A stretch of 64,000 nucleotides of DNA from NCBI GenBank assembly GCA_017936285.1, contig JAGBFU010000082.1, positions 66,650 to 130,649 on the forward strand, given 5' to 3'. Under the pieces are notes generated by a model. That model was not told the origin of the DNA. It was given only the letters and a program-made list of their open reading frames with translations, and did no database searches. Position numbers and translations under genes: made by a program. This DNA comes from Marinifilaceae bacterium. GTDB taxonomy: Bacteria; Bacteroidota; Bacteroidia; Bacteroidales; Marinifilaceae. Below, in pieces: positions 38,851 through 48,153 of this stretch (position 1 is its first letter; each line of letters begins with the position of its first letter).

Positions 38851-40014
38851 CTACAAAAGTACTATATTTTGTTCATACACCTCTTTCATACGCCTAAAAA
38901 ACATTTTATATCCAGCACATAGATAGTTATGACGTTCAACTCCATATAGGGTCATTGTTTCCAATACCCTATCCTTAGGACAACCACCAAAACAGATGTC
39001 AACAACATCACAGTGTAGACATTTAGAGGGAAGACTTTCCAATTTATACTCTCCGAAGGCTCTATTGCTCTCCATCATAGTATTGAGATCTGTATTCAAT
39101 ATATTACCAACTTTGTACTCATCGAATACAAATCTATCACACCGGTATACACAGCCATTATGCTCCACCACAGCACAATGGCCACAGACAGCCTCGTGAA
39201 CACAAAGTCCGGCAGGTCTGTGAGTTATATTACCAATTGCAGATTCAAATATCTGCACAAATTTTCTACCTATATCATTGACTCTCCACTCATCCAATAC
39301 ATCGCAAAGAAACTTTCCATACCCCTCAGCGGTTACATTGAATTGTGCCATTTGGCGAGGTTTCTCTATATTTGGCGAGTATATCCCCGGAGGCAAGCCT
39401 ATACCACTCTCCTCACCAACACTCTCCACAACCGGCAGGAACTGCATATAATTCGATATTGAACGTAAAAATCCATATACCTCTTTCCCATGTTCAGCAT
39501 TAATGGCATTTACTGTTGTCAGGGTATTGTATGAAACTCCATACTTCCTTAGTAGTTCCACTCCTCTCATTACCTGCATAAAGGTATCCTCATCTGAAAC
39601 ACCTTTACGAAAAGCGTTATGGAGTTGCTCCGGACCATCTATACTTATTCCTATTCGAAAATCATTATCGGCAAAGAATTTACACCACTCATCTGTAAGG
39701 AGCGTTCCATTGGTCTGCAAGGTATTCAACACTCTCCGCCCCTTTGCATATCTCTTCTGTAGTAGCAACGCCTGTTGATAAAAGGGTATTCCCGCCAAAG
39801 TTGGCTCACCTCCATGCCAAGCAAATTCAATCTCTGCACACTCTCCGTGAATCTCCACAACTTGCCTTATATAGCTCTCCAATACCTCATAACTCATTAT
39901 ACTCCTCTCCTGCCCTACACGCTTACCCAAATAGTAACAGTAGTTGCAACGAAGGTTACAGGCAGAACCTATCGGCTTTACTATTATAGCATAGTGTCTG
40001 TTACTCTCTGGCAT
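38851..40014 (-). CDS. anaerobic sulfatase-maturating enzyme (radical SAM/SPASM)
   Basis: It has the CNLRCNYCYY cluster motif plus C-terminal Cys clusters (CGHCAVVEHNGCVYRCD, CLHCDVVDICFGGCPKDR). The gene overlaps the sulfatase stop by 14 nt. Confidence 0.85.
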   Translation of the reverse strand: MPESNRHYAIIVKPIGSACNLRCNYCYYLGKRVGQERSIMSYEVLESYIRQVVEIHGECAEIEFAWHGGEPTLAGIPFYQQALLLQKRYAKGRRVLNTLQTNGTLLTDEWCKFFADNDFRIGISIDGPEQLHNAFRKGVSDEDTFMQVMRGVELLRKYGVSYNTLTTVNAINAEHGKEVYGFLRSISNYMQFLPVVESVGEESGIGLPPGIYSPNIEKPRQMAQFNVTAEGYGKFLCDVLDEWRVNDIGRKFVQIFESAIGNITHRPAGLCVHEAVCGHCAVVEHNGCVYRCDRFVFDEYKVGNILNTDLNTMMESNRAFGEYKLESLPSKCLHCDVVDICFGGCPKDRVLETMTLYGVERHNYLCAGYKMFFRRMKEVYEQNIVLL

Positions 40015-41638
40015 ATTTCATTATTCCCCCATCAAAATATTGAGTTTCACGACCATCATCCACTCCAACCTCTTGCAGGATAAGCTGATTCAACATATTG
40101 TTGTATGAATTTACCAACTCCTGGTTATTACCTTGTGGCCATGCTAAATTTTCAGTCTCGTCCGAACCATATCTGTACAACTCAACGTCGTTCATTCTAT
40201 ATAAACTCTCAATGTCGGTTGGGGTATTGAAATGGAGTGGCGAAAAGTAACGGGCAAACTTATAATTTTCGGTAATAATTCCACGCAAATAGCCTCGTTT
40301 CTCCAAGTCAACACTAATATCCATCTTAGATTCATTCACAGGCCGTACTATCATTTCTCTATCCATCATAGAGATCATATCATAAACAAAGAGTGCTCCC
40401 TGACCATTACGAACATCGGTAGCAGGGTTCTCCACCGCCGGCATAAGACTATATCCTTTAATTCCCTCTTTGATTCTATTCATCTCTGCATCATTATCGG
40501 TTGCAATATCCACAAACGTTGGGGCTAAATCCAAATGCGATGTTACATGTTGGCACGACGCACCTCCGGCAATCTCCGGATGGTATACTACCAAAGGAAC
40601 ATGTATATTATTCTCGTAAATATTACCTGCCTTTCCCTTAAGTCCGTGTGCTCCTAATAACTCGCCGTGGTCTGAAGTATATACTATAATTGTATTCTTC
40701 ATTAAATCGCAACTCTCAATCTTATCAAGCAATATCTTCATTTGGTTATCACAATCCTGAATACAATTAAAATAGTAGTCCTGGAATGTTTTCCACATTG
40801 CCTGACTATTGGGGGTAGGACCGGTTGCCCCCTCCCATGCGTCACGATACTCTCCATGAACTGCCGGACGTCCGGCTTTATCAATAGGCTCATCCCATGT
40901 TTCAGATATAGCAACCGGATAACTCTTCTTATAAACAGGATCATCGGGAGCGACAGTTGCCTGACCAAACGTTCCTCCCTCAGCCTCATTGTAGTACATT
41001 ATATCGTGAGGATTTATAAAATTCACTGCAAGAAAAAAGGATTTTCCACTCTTATTTAACTCTTTACCCTTGGTGTCCAACCATGCACAAGCGTTTTCTA
41101 CAATTTGTTTATCGTGATTAAAACCCTCTAAAGGAGAACCATACATATCACCTTCAGTCCAATCTGAAAAGCCATACTCCTCCAGGGATACATCTCCTTC
41201 AGATATATGCCACTTTCCCTTATAAGCTGTGTAGTAACCTGCTTGTCGTAGCATGTCGCCCACAGTCTTTAAATCCTTGCTCATATTGGGTTGACAGGTT
41301 AGATTTGTATTATCCATCATATGGGTTTCTGTAACATGTCGTCCAGTGTAGATTACAGAGCGAGAGGAGGTTGAAACATTTGAACAGGCATAATGTTTCT
41401 CGAATGTCGTTCCAATCTTTCTTAAACGCTCACGTGCCTCATAATCACTACCTTCAGGATAACTCTCCATATATATCTCCTGATCAGTGGTAATGAATAT
41501 AATGTTATATTTACCATCGGCATTAGTCTCTGGGTTTACAAGGGGCTTCGAATTATCTGACGTGCACCCCGGAAGCAATACAGAAAAGGGCATCAATATT
41601 GAGGCCACCTTTAAATGTTTCTCTCTTTTTGTCTTCAT
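40001..41638 (-). CDS. S1-family sulfatase lipoprotein, apparently Ser-type with an atypical S-T-S-S-R maturation motif
   Basis: I set the start at MKTKREKHL..LLPGC rather than the track start at 41677. Sulfatase blocks are present (NIIFITTDQ, KGKWH, YTSDHGE). Where canonical enzymes have C/S-x-P/A-x-R-x4-TG, this protein reads STSSRSVIYTG. Confidence 0.8.
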   Translation of the reverse strand: MKTKREKHLKVASILMPFSVLLPGCTSDNSKPLVNPETNADGKYNIIFITTDQEIYMESYPEGSDYEARERLRKIGTTFEKHYACSNVSTSSRSVIYTGRHVTETHMMDNTNLTCQPNMSKDLKTVGDMLRQAGYYTAYKGKWHISEGDVSLEEYGFSDWTEGDMYGSPLEGFNHDKQIVENACAWLDTKGKELNKSGKSFFLAVNFINPHDIMYYNEAEGGTFGQATVAPDDPVYKKSYPVAISETWDEPIDKAGRPAVHGEYRDAWEGATGPTPNSQAMWKTFQDYYFNCIQDCDNQMKILLDKIESCDLMKNTIIVYTSDHGELLGAHGLKGKAGNIYENNIHVPLVVYHPEIAGGASCQHVTSHLDLAPTFVDIATDNDAEMNRIKEGIKGYSLMPAVENPATDVRNGQGALFVYDMISMMDREMIVRPVNESKMDISVDLEKRGYLRGIITENYKFARYFSPLHFNTPTDIESLYRMNDVELYRYGSDETENLAWPQGNNQELVNSYNNMLNQLILQEVGVDDGRETQYFDGGIMKYARE

Positions 41639-41742
41639 ATCTGTAACATAATAGTTAGTTATGGCAAATTTAACCAAATTCTAAAAAAATCCAAAACAAC
41701 GTTAATAGCAATAAATTATAGAAGAATGTTATTTAAATATTG

Positions 41743-41750
41743 TAATTTTG
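41743..41750 (+). promoter_or_regulatory. -7 promoter box (TAATTTTG); near-leaderless
   Basis: It matches TAnnTTTG and ends 4 nt before the ATG at 41755. Confidence 0.35.
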
Positions 41751-41754
41751 GGAT

Positions 41755-42312
41755 ATGAAACAGATTGCATTGTTTATAACCGTATTTTTCATCGCTACAA
41801 TTTCTCTGTCGGCTCAAAACAACAATACCGGAGAGTGGCATAAGGTAGAGAGTGGCGAAGGTGTAACTTTTACTATGCCGGGCGAGGTCTCAAAAGAGGT
41901 CTCGATTCAGGATGGAGTCCCCACATACATATTCAAGAGTCGTGATTTAAACTGCATTTTTGGAGTGGTATGCTCCAATTTCTCGGATAAACCGGAGATG
42001 CTTAAACCGGAGTATCACGGCAGTCTGGTGGAGATCTTAAAATCGGGATCTATCCCCAAAGAGGAGTATGGCAAACTGGCTGCTGAAAAACTTGTACAAA
42101 AAGAATCACCTTTGATATATGAGATTAATTACACTACCGAGAAGAATAAAATTCAGTGGAGCTATATTAAACGGTTTATAATTACCAATAGCCATATTTA
42201 CCAGTTTACGATTGGTGCAAAAACACGTAACACCGATCAGTTAAAGTTTGAAGCTATGCTCTTTTTCGATTCAATAGAACTTAAAGAGAGCAATGAAAAA
42301 GAGGCAGCCTGA
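41755..42312 (+). CDS. secreted hypothetical protein
   Basis: 185-aa ORF with a signal peptide (..ATISLSAQ). No family was recognised. Confidence 0.5.
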   Translation: MKQIALFITVFFIATISLSAQNNNTGEWHKVESGEGVTFTMPGEVSKEVSIQDGVPTYIFKSRDLNCIFGVVCSNFSDKPEMLKPEYHGSLVEILKSGSIPKEEYGKLAAEKLVQKESPLIYEINYTTEKNKIQWSYIKRFIITNSHIYQFTIGAKTRNTDQLKFEAMLFFDSIELKESNEKEAA

Positions 42313-42330
42313 CAAGGTGCTTCTAAAACC

Positions 42331-42364
42331 AAGAGGGTGTCACAAACTTGTTGGACACCCCCTT
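42331..42364. terminator. bidirectional terminator hairpin (same sequence family)
   Basis: GGGTGTC / GACACCC form the core with flanking AAG/CTT pairs. It sits at a convergent junction. Confidence 0.65.
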
Positions 42365-42372
42365 GATTACCT

Positions 42373-43467
42373 CTATTCACTCATCAACTGAGTCTGACGA
42401 TCGATAGACGCCTGGTGAATAGCCTTGAATACCTTATCTATAAACTCTAAATCAAGGTTATTATCGCTTGCTTGTTTATGAACTTTTGCAAGAATATCAT
42501 CCCAACGACCAGACTGCAATACTGTAATATTGTTCTGCTTCTTGTAGTTTCCAATCTTCTCGGCAACTCTCATTCTACGACTCAATAATTGTATCAAATC
42601 GGTATCAAGATCATCAATGTAACTACGCAACTCATCAAGGTTCTCATTGAATTGTGTGTTATCGGTCTTGGTTGAACGAATAATCAATTTATCAACCATC
42701 GATTTCATATCGGTTGGTATGTACTGTTGTTTTGAATCACTCAATGCGATATCCGGATTATTGTGCGACTCAACCATCAAACCATCGAAGCCCAAATCCA
42801 TTGCCTTTTGTGCCAACTCGGGAATCAATTCACGCTTTCCTGCCATGTGGCTTGGATCAACAATAATCATCATCTCAGGGAATCTTCTGCGGAGCTCTAC
42901 CGGCAACTCCCATTGAGGTTGATTTCTGTATTTAGACTTTCCGTATGTAGAGAATCCACGATGGATTACACCCAACTTCTTGATTCCCGCCAAATTCAAA
43001 CGCTCCAAAGCTCCAATCCACAAATCTACATCGGGATTCACAGGGTTCTTGACCAATACCGGAATATCAACACCCTTCAAAGCATCGGCCAGCTCCTGCA
43101 TTGCAAATGGGTTTGCCGAGGTTCTTGCTCCAATCCACAACATATCCATTCCCGCCTTCAATGCCTCATAAACATGCTTGGTATTTGCAACCTCGGTGGT
43201 TATCTTCATTCCCAACTCCTTCTGAATTCTGCGCATCCAAGGCAATCCCTCAGAACCAATTCCCTCAAAACATCCGGGACGTGTACGAGGTTTCCATATT
43301 CCCGCTCTGAAAATGTTTACACCTAGCTCTTTCAACTGTTTTGCAGTGTCGAACATCTGCTCTTCACTCTCTGCACTACATGGTCCTGCAATCAAAGCAG
43401 GTATCTGCTCGCTGTCGAAAATTCCCCACTCTGACGCGGGAACTAAATCCAATTGAACATTTGCCAT
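42373..43467 (-). CDS. bifunctional 3-deoxy-7-phosphoheptulonate (DAHP) synthase / chorismate mutase type II
   Basis: The N-terminal part is a KDO8P/DAHP-synthase-like TIM barrel (IAGPCSAESEEQ). The C-terminal part is a CM_2 domain (LDELRSYIDDLDTDLIQLLSRRMRVAEKIGNYK). Confidence 0.88.
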   Translation of the reverse strand: MANVQLDLVPASEWGIFDSEQIPALIAGPCSAESEEQMFDTAKQLKELGVNIFRAGIWKPRTRPGCFEGIGSEGLPWMRRIQKELGMKITTEVANTKHVYEALKAGMDMLWIGARTSANPFAMQELADALKGVDIPVLVKNPVNPDVDLWIGALERLNLAGIKKLGVIHRGFSTYGKSKYRNQPQWELPVELRRRFPEMMIIVDPSHMAGKRELIPELAQKAMDLGFDGLMVESHNNPDIALSDSKQQYIPTDMKSMVDKLIIRSTKTDNTQFNENLDELRSYIDDLDTDLIQLLSRRMRVAEKIGNYKKQNNITVLQSGRWDDILAKVHKQASDNNLDLEFIDKVFKAIHQASIDRQTQLMSE

Positions 43468-43491
43468 ATCTCTATATTTTTTAATTCCTGA

Positions 43492-44334
43492 TTATCGTAT
43501 AATCCTCTTAATCCTGTTCGCTCCTTGTATCAATTCTGTAATTGCAGCCTCGTCCATTTCATCAATTGCCCTACGGAATGCCTGAATCTTATCAATGTAA
43601 GTGTCCATCACAGCCAATACATTATCGCGATTCTGCATAAAAATAGGCACCCACATCTCGGGACTACTCTTTGCCAAACGCGCAGTAGAAGCAAATCCTC
43701 CGGCAGCAAGGTCAAATATGTGACGGTCGTTTTTCTCTCGTTCCAGTACAGTCAATGCCAAAGCATAAGAGATTACGTGTGATACGTGCGATACATAAGC
43801 AGTATGAACATCATGTTGCGCCGACGATAGATGAATCAAACGCATATTCAAAGCATCGTACATCTTCTGTATTGTGGCGAGGGCTCGCATATCACTCTCC
43901 TCTGCATCACATATAATGCCGGCTCTTCCATCAAACAATCCGCTCATAGCGGCTCTTGGACCTGAATATTCGGTTCCCGACATTGGGTGTCCCAATACAA
44001 ACTGCTTGCGATTAGGATGATACTTCACCACACTCGCAATCATTCCTTTTGTAGAGCAGACATCGGTTACAATCTGTTTCTCTGTTACTCTGTCCAGAAT
44101 TTGGGGAATAAGCTTCACTGCTCCACTTACAGGAATTGCAACAATAATGATATCACTCTCAGATATACACTCATCAAGGGTAGCAACCTGATCAACAATT
44201 CCCAAATCTTTTGCCACCTGAGCATTAAGCGGATTCTGCTCTACGCCCAATATCTTGTCGGCAAAGCCATTTTTCTTTAAGTCAATAGCTATTGAACCAC
44301 CAATAAGTCCTGTTCCTATTACACCTACAACCAT
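43492..44334 (-). CDS. tyrA: prephenate dehydrogenase
   Basis: It has an NAD-binding motif (VGVIGTGLIGGS) and HPMSG. Confidence 0.88.
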   Translation of the reverse strand: MVVGVIGTGLIGGSIAIDLKKNGFADKILGVEQNPLNAQVAKDLGIVDQVATLDECISESDIIIVAIPVSGAVKLIPQILDRVTEKQIVTDVCSTKGMIASVVKYHPNRKQFVLGHPMSGTEYSGPRAAMSGLFDGRAGIICDAEESDMRALATIQKMYDALNMRLIHLSSAQHDVHTAYVSHVSHVISYALALTVLEREKNDRHIFDLAAGGFASTARLAKSSPEMWVPIFMQNRDNVLAVMDTYIDKIQAFRRAIDEMDEAAITELIQGANRIKRIIR

Positions 44335-44343
44335 ACCAGTACT

Positions 44344-45165
44344 CTATCCAAAACTTTTATACTCACCCAATACCTCAATGTCTGCAACCAAAGGTCGAAC
44401 GGCATCGACAGCCTTTCTGTAGCGGTCAAAATCATTAAACTTTAGATCCACATAGAAGAAATATTGCCACTCCTTTCCAACTATCGGCAACGACTGTATT
44501 TTGGTCAGATTTAACTCATAGAATGAGAATATAGAGAGAATGTGCGATAAACTTCCCTGTTGGTGAGGCAATGTAAAACATAACGATGCTTTGTTTATTT
44601 CGTACGAGGGCACAGACAATCTGTCATCCATAATAAGGAACCGGGTGAAGTTCTGCTTATGTGTCTCTATACTTGGAGCCAGCACATCCAGACCAAACAT
44701 CTCTGCAGCCAACACCGACGCAATTGCACCAACACTTCTATCACCTCGCTCGGCAACTTCACGTGCAGCCGAAGCAGTATCGGAAGCCTCAACCAAACGG
44801 ATGTGTGGGTAATCTTTGAAAAATTCACGACACTGAGCAATTGCCATATAGTGAGAATGAACCTCTTTCAACTCTTCCATCTTAACACCTGGCATTACAA
44901 GCAGATTTTGGCGTATAGGAAGAAATACCTCTCCCTTGATTGCTTTACCATATTTATGAAGTAACGCATAGTTAGGAAGCAATGCTCCTGCTACCGTATT
45001 CTCAATTGCCATTATCAAACCATCGGCACGACCGTTATTTACCTGCTCAAACTCATCCTCAAAGTTGGCACATGGCAAGATTTCAACATCTTTTCCGTAA
45101 AAAATTCTTGCTGCCTCTTCGTGAAAACAGCCCTGAATACCCTGAATTGCAATTTTACTAATCAT
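44344..45165 (-). CDS. pheA: prephenate dehydratase
   Basis: It has a PDT domain (IAIQGIQGCFHEEAA, NFTRFLI) and a C-terminal ACT-like domain. Confidence 0.88.
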   Translation of the reverse strand: MISKIAIQGIQGCFHEEAARIFYGKDVEILPCANFEDEFEQVNNGRADGLIMAIENTVAGALLPNYALLHKYGKAIKGEVFLPIRQNLLVMPGVKMEELKEVHSHYMAIAQCREFFKDYPHIRLVEASDTASAAREVAERGDRSVGAIASVLAAEMFGLDVLAPSIETHKQNFTRFLIMDDRLSVPSYEINKASLCFTLPHQQGSLSHILSIFSFYELNLTKIQSLPIVGKEWQYFFYVDLKFNDFDRYRKAVDAVRPLVADIEVLGEYKSFG

Positions 45166-45176
45166 AACTCTTAATT

Positions 45177-45202
45177 AAAAAAGCCCCGAATGAACGGGGC
45201 TT
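45177..45202 (-). terminator. attenuator terminator upstream of pheA
   Basis: On the minus strand, AAGCCCCG-TTCATT-CGGGGCTT is followed by TTTT, ending 11 nt before the pheA ATG. Confidence 0.8.
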
Positions 45203-45255
45203 CAATATGATTTGGTTTATTATTTTTACTCTATATTTACATATCACGACCCCAT

Positions 45256-45321
45256 TTACTCTTTTCTGCTAAAAAAGTAAAAGTAAAAATAACCGTAGCT
45301 ATTAAATCGTGTTGACATCAT
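45256..45321 (-). CDS. Phe/Tyr-rich leader peptide (21 aa) of the pheA-tyrA-DAHPS/CM operon
   Basis: The minus-strand ORF reads ATGATGTCAACACGATTTAATAGCTACGGTTATTTTTACTTTTACTTTTTTAGCAGAAAAGAGTAA, which translates to MMSTRFNSYGYFYFYFFSRKE. It has 5 Phe and 4 Tyr, with 7 consecutive aromatic codons. Confidence 0.75.
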   Translation of the reverse strand: MMSTRFNSYGYFYFYFFSRKE

Positions 45322-45341
45322 AATCGCGCAAAATTTCACCA

Positions 45342-45349
45342 CAAATATA
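45342..45349 (-). promoter_or_regulatory. -7 promoter box (TATATTTG on the minus strand) for the leader and pheA operon
   Basis: It matches TAnnTTTG and ends 20 nt upstream of the leader ATG. Confidence 0.45.
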
Positions 45350-45462
45350 TACGCTATTTCAATACGTTGTTCACAATTCTCTTATTTTTTTTGATATTTT
45401 TTCATAGCGACTTTTTTTATACCTTTACGATTTGAATTTTTGAAGCACTTTTTTTTGAGAGT

Positions 45463-48150
45463 ATGGAGAGTAAAAACCTGTTTCTGGTCGATGCATTTGC
45501 AATGATATACAGGGCATATTATGCCTTTATCAACAATCCAAGAATTACAACTACCGGTATAAACACATCTGCAACATTCGGATTCTGTACCTTCCTGACA
45601 GAACTATTAGAGGAGCAGAAACCAACACATATTGCAGTTGTATTTGATCCCGAGGGCCCGACTTTCCGTCACGAAATGTTTCCTCAATATAAAGGACAAC
45701 GTCCTCCTATGCCCGAAGATATACGTAGTGCAATTCCATACATCAAACAGATCATTGAAGATCTGGGTATAAAACACATCTCTGTTCCTGGATATGAGGC
45801 AGACGATATTATCGGAACCCTCGCCAAAAAGGCTGAAAATGAGGGGTACCATGTATATATGATTACTCCAGACAAGGATTATGCCCAACTAGTGAGTAAA
45901 AATATCACAATGTACAAGCCAAGTCGCTCGGGTAACCTTTCAGAAACATGGGATATTCCAGAAGTTCTTGATAAATTCGGAATTGAACGTGTAGATCAGG
46001 TAATTGATATACTTGGGTTGATGGGCGATACTGCCGATAATGTACCGGGGTGTGCCGGGGTCGGCCCTAAAACTGCGGCCTCGCTCGTATATAAATATGG
46101 AGACATTGAAGGCATCTACGACCATATCGATGAACTCAAAGGGAAACAGAAGGAGAGACTTATTGAGTGTCGGGATACCGTTATGCTATCCAAGAAACTG
46201 GTTACTATATGTACATCTGTTCCTACGGATATTACTATTGACGAGCTGAAACGTGGCTCGGTTAATGGAGATGAGTTGAAATCGGTACTACAGAAACTTG
46301 AGATCTTCTCATTGGTTAACAGACTGATGAACTCGGGCAAAAGGCTTGAAGATGCCGAAGATTTAAAACATGAAGAGGACTTGCATCTGAGTGTTACAAA
46401 CTGTTCAGGTATTAAAGGTATTGTAGATAAACTATCTGCAAACGTGGCATTTGCACTGACATTTATAGAGGAGAGTAACTTTAACCTGTATGCCTCATGG
46501 CCAAAGGGAGTTATAATCAGTTCGGAAGAGAATAGTGTTGATGTAGCAACTCTGTGTTGCTCTCCAAAAGAGGAGCTTATGCAGCTTGCACCTCTCTTTG
46601 AGAATCCTGATAAGTGCTGGATTACTGCATCCGCCAAACGAGATTTACTAATTTTGAAAAGATTGGGCATTGACGTAAAGTGTAAAATTTTTGACATCAC
46701 AATTGCCCACTACATAATACAACCGGAATTGAGCCACACTCTGCAACGTATGGCTTTAGAGTTGTTACACTACCAATTTACTGCTCCACAAGGCCCAAAA
46801 CAACCTACTCAACTATCTCTTTTTGATATAGTTGAAGAGGATTATACCCAACAGGCAACCGAGTGTAACCTGATATTCAGAATATACCCTATTCTTCAGA
46901 AACAACTTGAGGAGAACAACTTTGTAAATCTGTTCTACAATGTTGAGATGCCACTGACAAAAGTTCTGGCAGATATGGAGTATGAAGGTGTTGCGGTAGA
47001 TATCAATGCTCTTAAAGAGCTATCCGATGAATACAGAGAAAAGTGCAATGCTCTTGAGAAGGCTATATACGCAGAAGCAGGACACGAATTCAACATCAAC
47101 TCTCCTAAACAGTTAGGCGATGTTCTGTTTGGAGAATTGAAACTTGATCCTCAGCAGAAAAAGACAAAAACAGGACAATTTGTAACCTCGGAACAGGTAC
47201 TCTCAAAGCTTGAAGACAACAACCCCATCGTACACTACATACTGGAATACCGAGGGTTAAAGAAACTTCTCTCTACCTATGCAGAGGCTCTGCCCGAGTA
47301 CATAAACCCTGTTGACGGCAAGATACATACCAACTTTAACCAAACAGAAACAGCTACCGGACGCCTGAGCAGCCTTAATCCTAATTTGCAAAACATCCCC
47401 ATCCGTACTGAAGATGGACGCAAAATCAGAAAGGCCTTCATCCCCGGCGACAGCGATTACTGTTTCTTCTCAGCCGACTACTCTCAGGTAGAGTTAAGAC
47501 TTATGGCCTCGCTCAGCAGAGACCCCGAGATGATCTCTGCATTCAATAACGGCGAGGATATTCACACTGCAACAGCAGCCAAAATATACAAAACCCCCAT
47601 CGAAAAAGTTACCTCGGAGATGCGACGCAGGGCAAAAACTGCGAACTTCGGAATTATATACGGAATCTCGGCATGGGGACTTGCAGAACGTCTGAAAATA
47701 AGCCGTAAAGAGGGTAAAGAGCTGATTGACGGATACTTCGATATGTATCCCGAAGTAAAACGTTATATGGAAAATTCCATAGAGCAGGCCAGAAAGCGTC
47801 GCTTTGTCGAAACTATTTTAGGACGCAGACGATACCTTAACGACATTAACTCACATAATGCCGTAGTTCGTGGAGTCGCTGAAAGAAATGCTGTTAATGC
47901 ACCTATACAAGGCTCTGCGGCAGACATTATCAAAATGGCCATGATATGTATTTGGAGTGAACTTAACAGGCGAGGTCTCAAATCAAAGATGATTTTACAG
48001 GTTCACGATGAGCTCAACTTCAAATGCCACAATAGTGAGAAAGAGATTTTAAAAGAGATTGTTACCGATTGTATGGAGAGAATTGTACAATTAAGCGTTC
48101 CCCTTACAATCAGTTGCGGATATGGAGAAAACTGGTACGAAGCACATTAA
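45463..48150 (+). CDS. polA: DNA polymerase I
   Basis: 895-aa ORF with a 5' nuclease N-terminus, polymerase motif A (DYSQVELRLMA), motif B (RRRAKTANFGIIYG) and motif C (QVHDEL). Confidence 0.96.
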   Translation: MESKNLFLVDAFAMIYRAYYAFINNPRITTTGINTSATFGFCTFLTELLEEQKPTHIAVVFDPEGPTFRHEMFPQYKGQRPPMPEDIRSAIPYIKQIIEDLGIKHISVPGYEADDIIGTLAKKAENEGYHVYMITPDKDYAQLVSKNITMYKPSRSGNLSETWDIPEVLDKFGIERVDQVIDILGLMGDTADNVPGCAGVGPKTAASLVYKYGDIEGIYDHIDELKGKQKERLIECRDTVMLSKKLVTICTSVPTDITIDELKRGSVNGDELKSVLQKLEIFSLVNRLMNSGKRLEDAEDLKHEEDLHLSVTNCSGIKGIVDKLSANVAFALTFIEESNFNLYASWPKGVIISSEENSVDVATLCCSPKEELMQLAPLFENPDKCWITASAKRDLLILKRLGIDVKCKIFDITIAHYIIQPELSHTLQRMALELLHYQFTAPQGPKQPTQLSLFDIVEEDYTQQATECNLIFRIYPILQKQLEENNFVNLFYNVEMPLTKVLADMEYEGVAVDINALKELSDEYREKCNALEKAIYAEAGHEFNINSPKQLGDVLFGELKLDPQQKKTKTGQFVTSEQVLSKLEDNNPIVHYILEYRGLKKLLSTYAEALPEYINPVDGKIHTNFNQTETATGRLSSLNPNLQNIPIRTEDGRKIRKAFIPGDSDYCFFSADYSQVELRLMASLSRDPEMISAFNNGEDIHTATAAKIYKTPIEKVTSEMRRRAKTANFGIIYGISAWGLAERLKISRKEGKELIDGYFDMYPEVKRYMENSIEQARKRRFVETILGRRRYLNDINSHNAVVRGVAERNAVNAPIQGSAADIIKMAMICIWSELNRRGLKSKMILQVHDELNFKCHNSEKEILKEIVTDCMERIVQLSVPLTISCGYGENWYEAH

Positions 48151-48153
48151 GAG

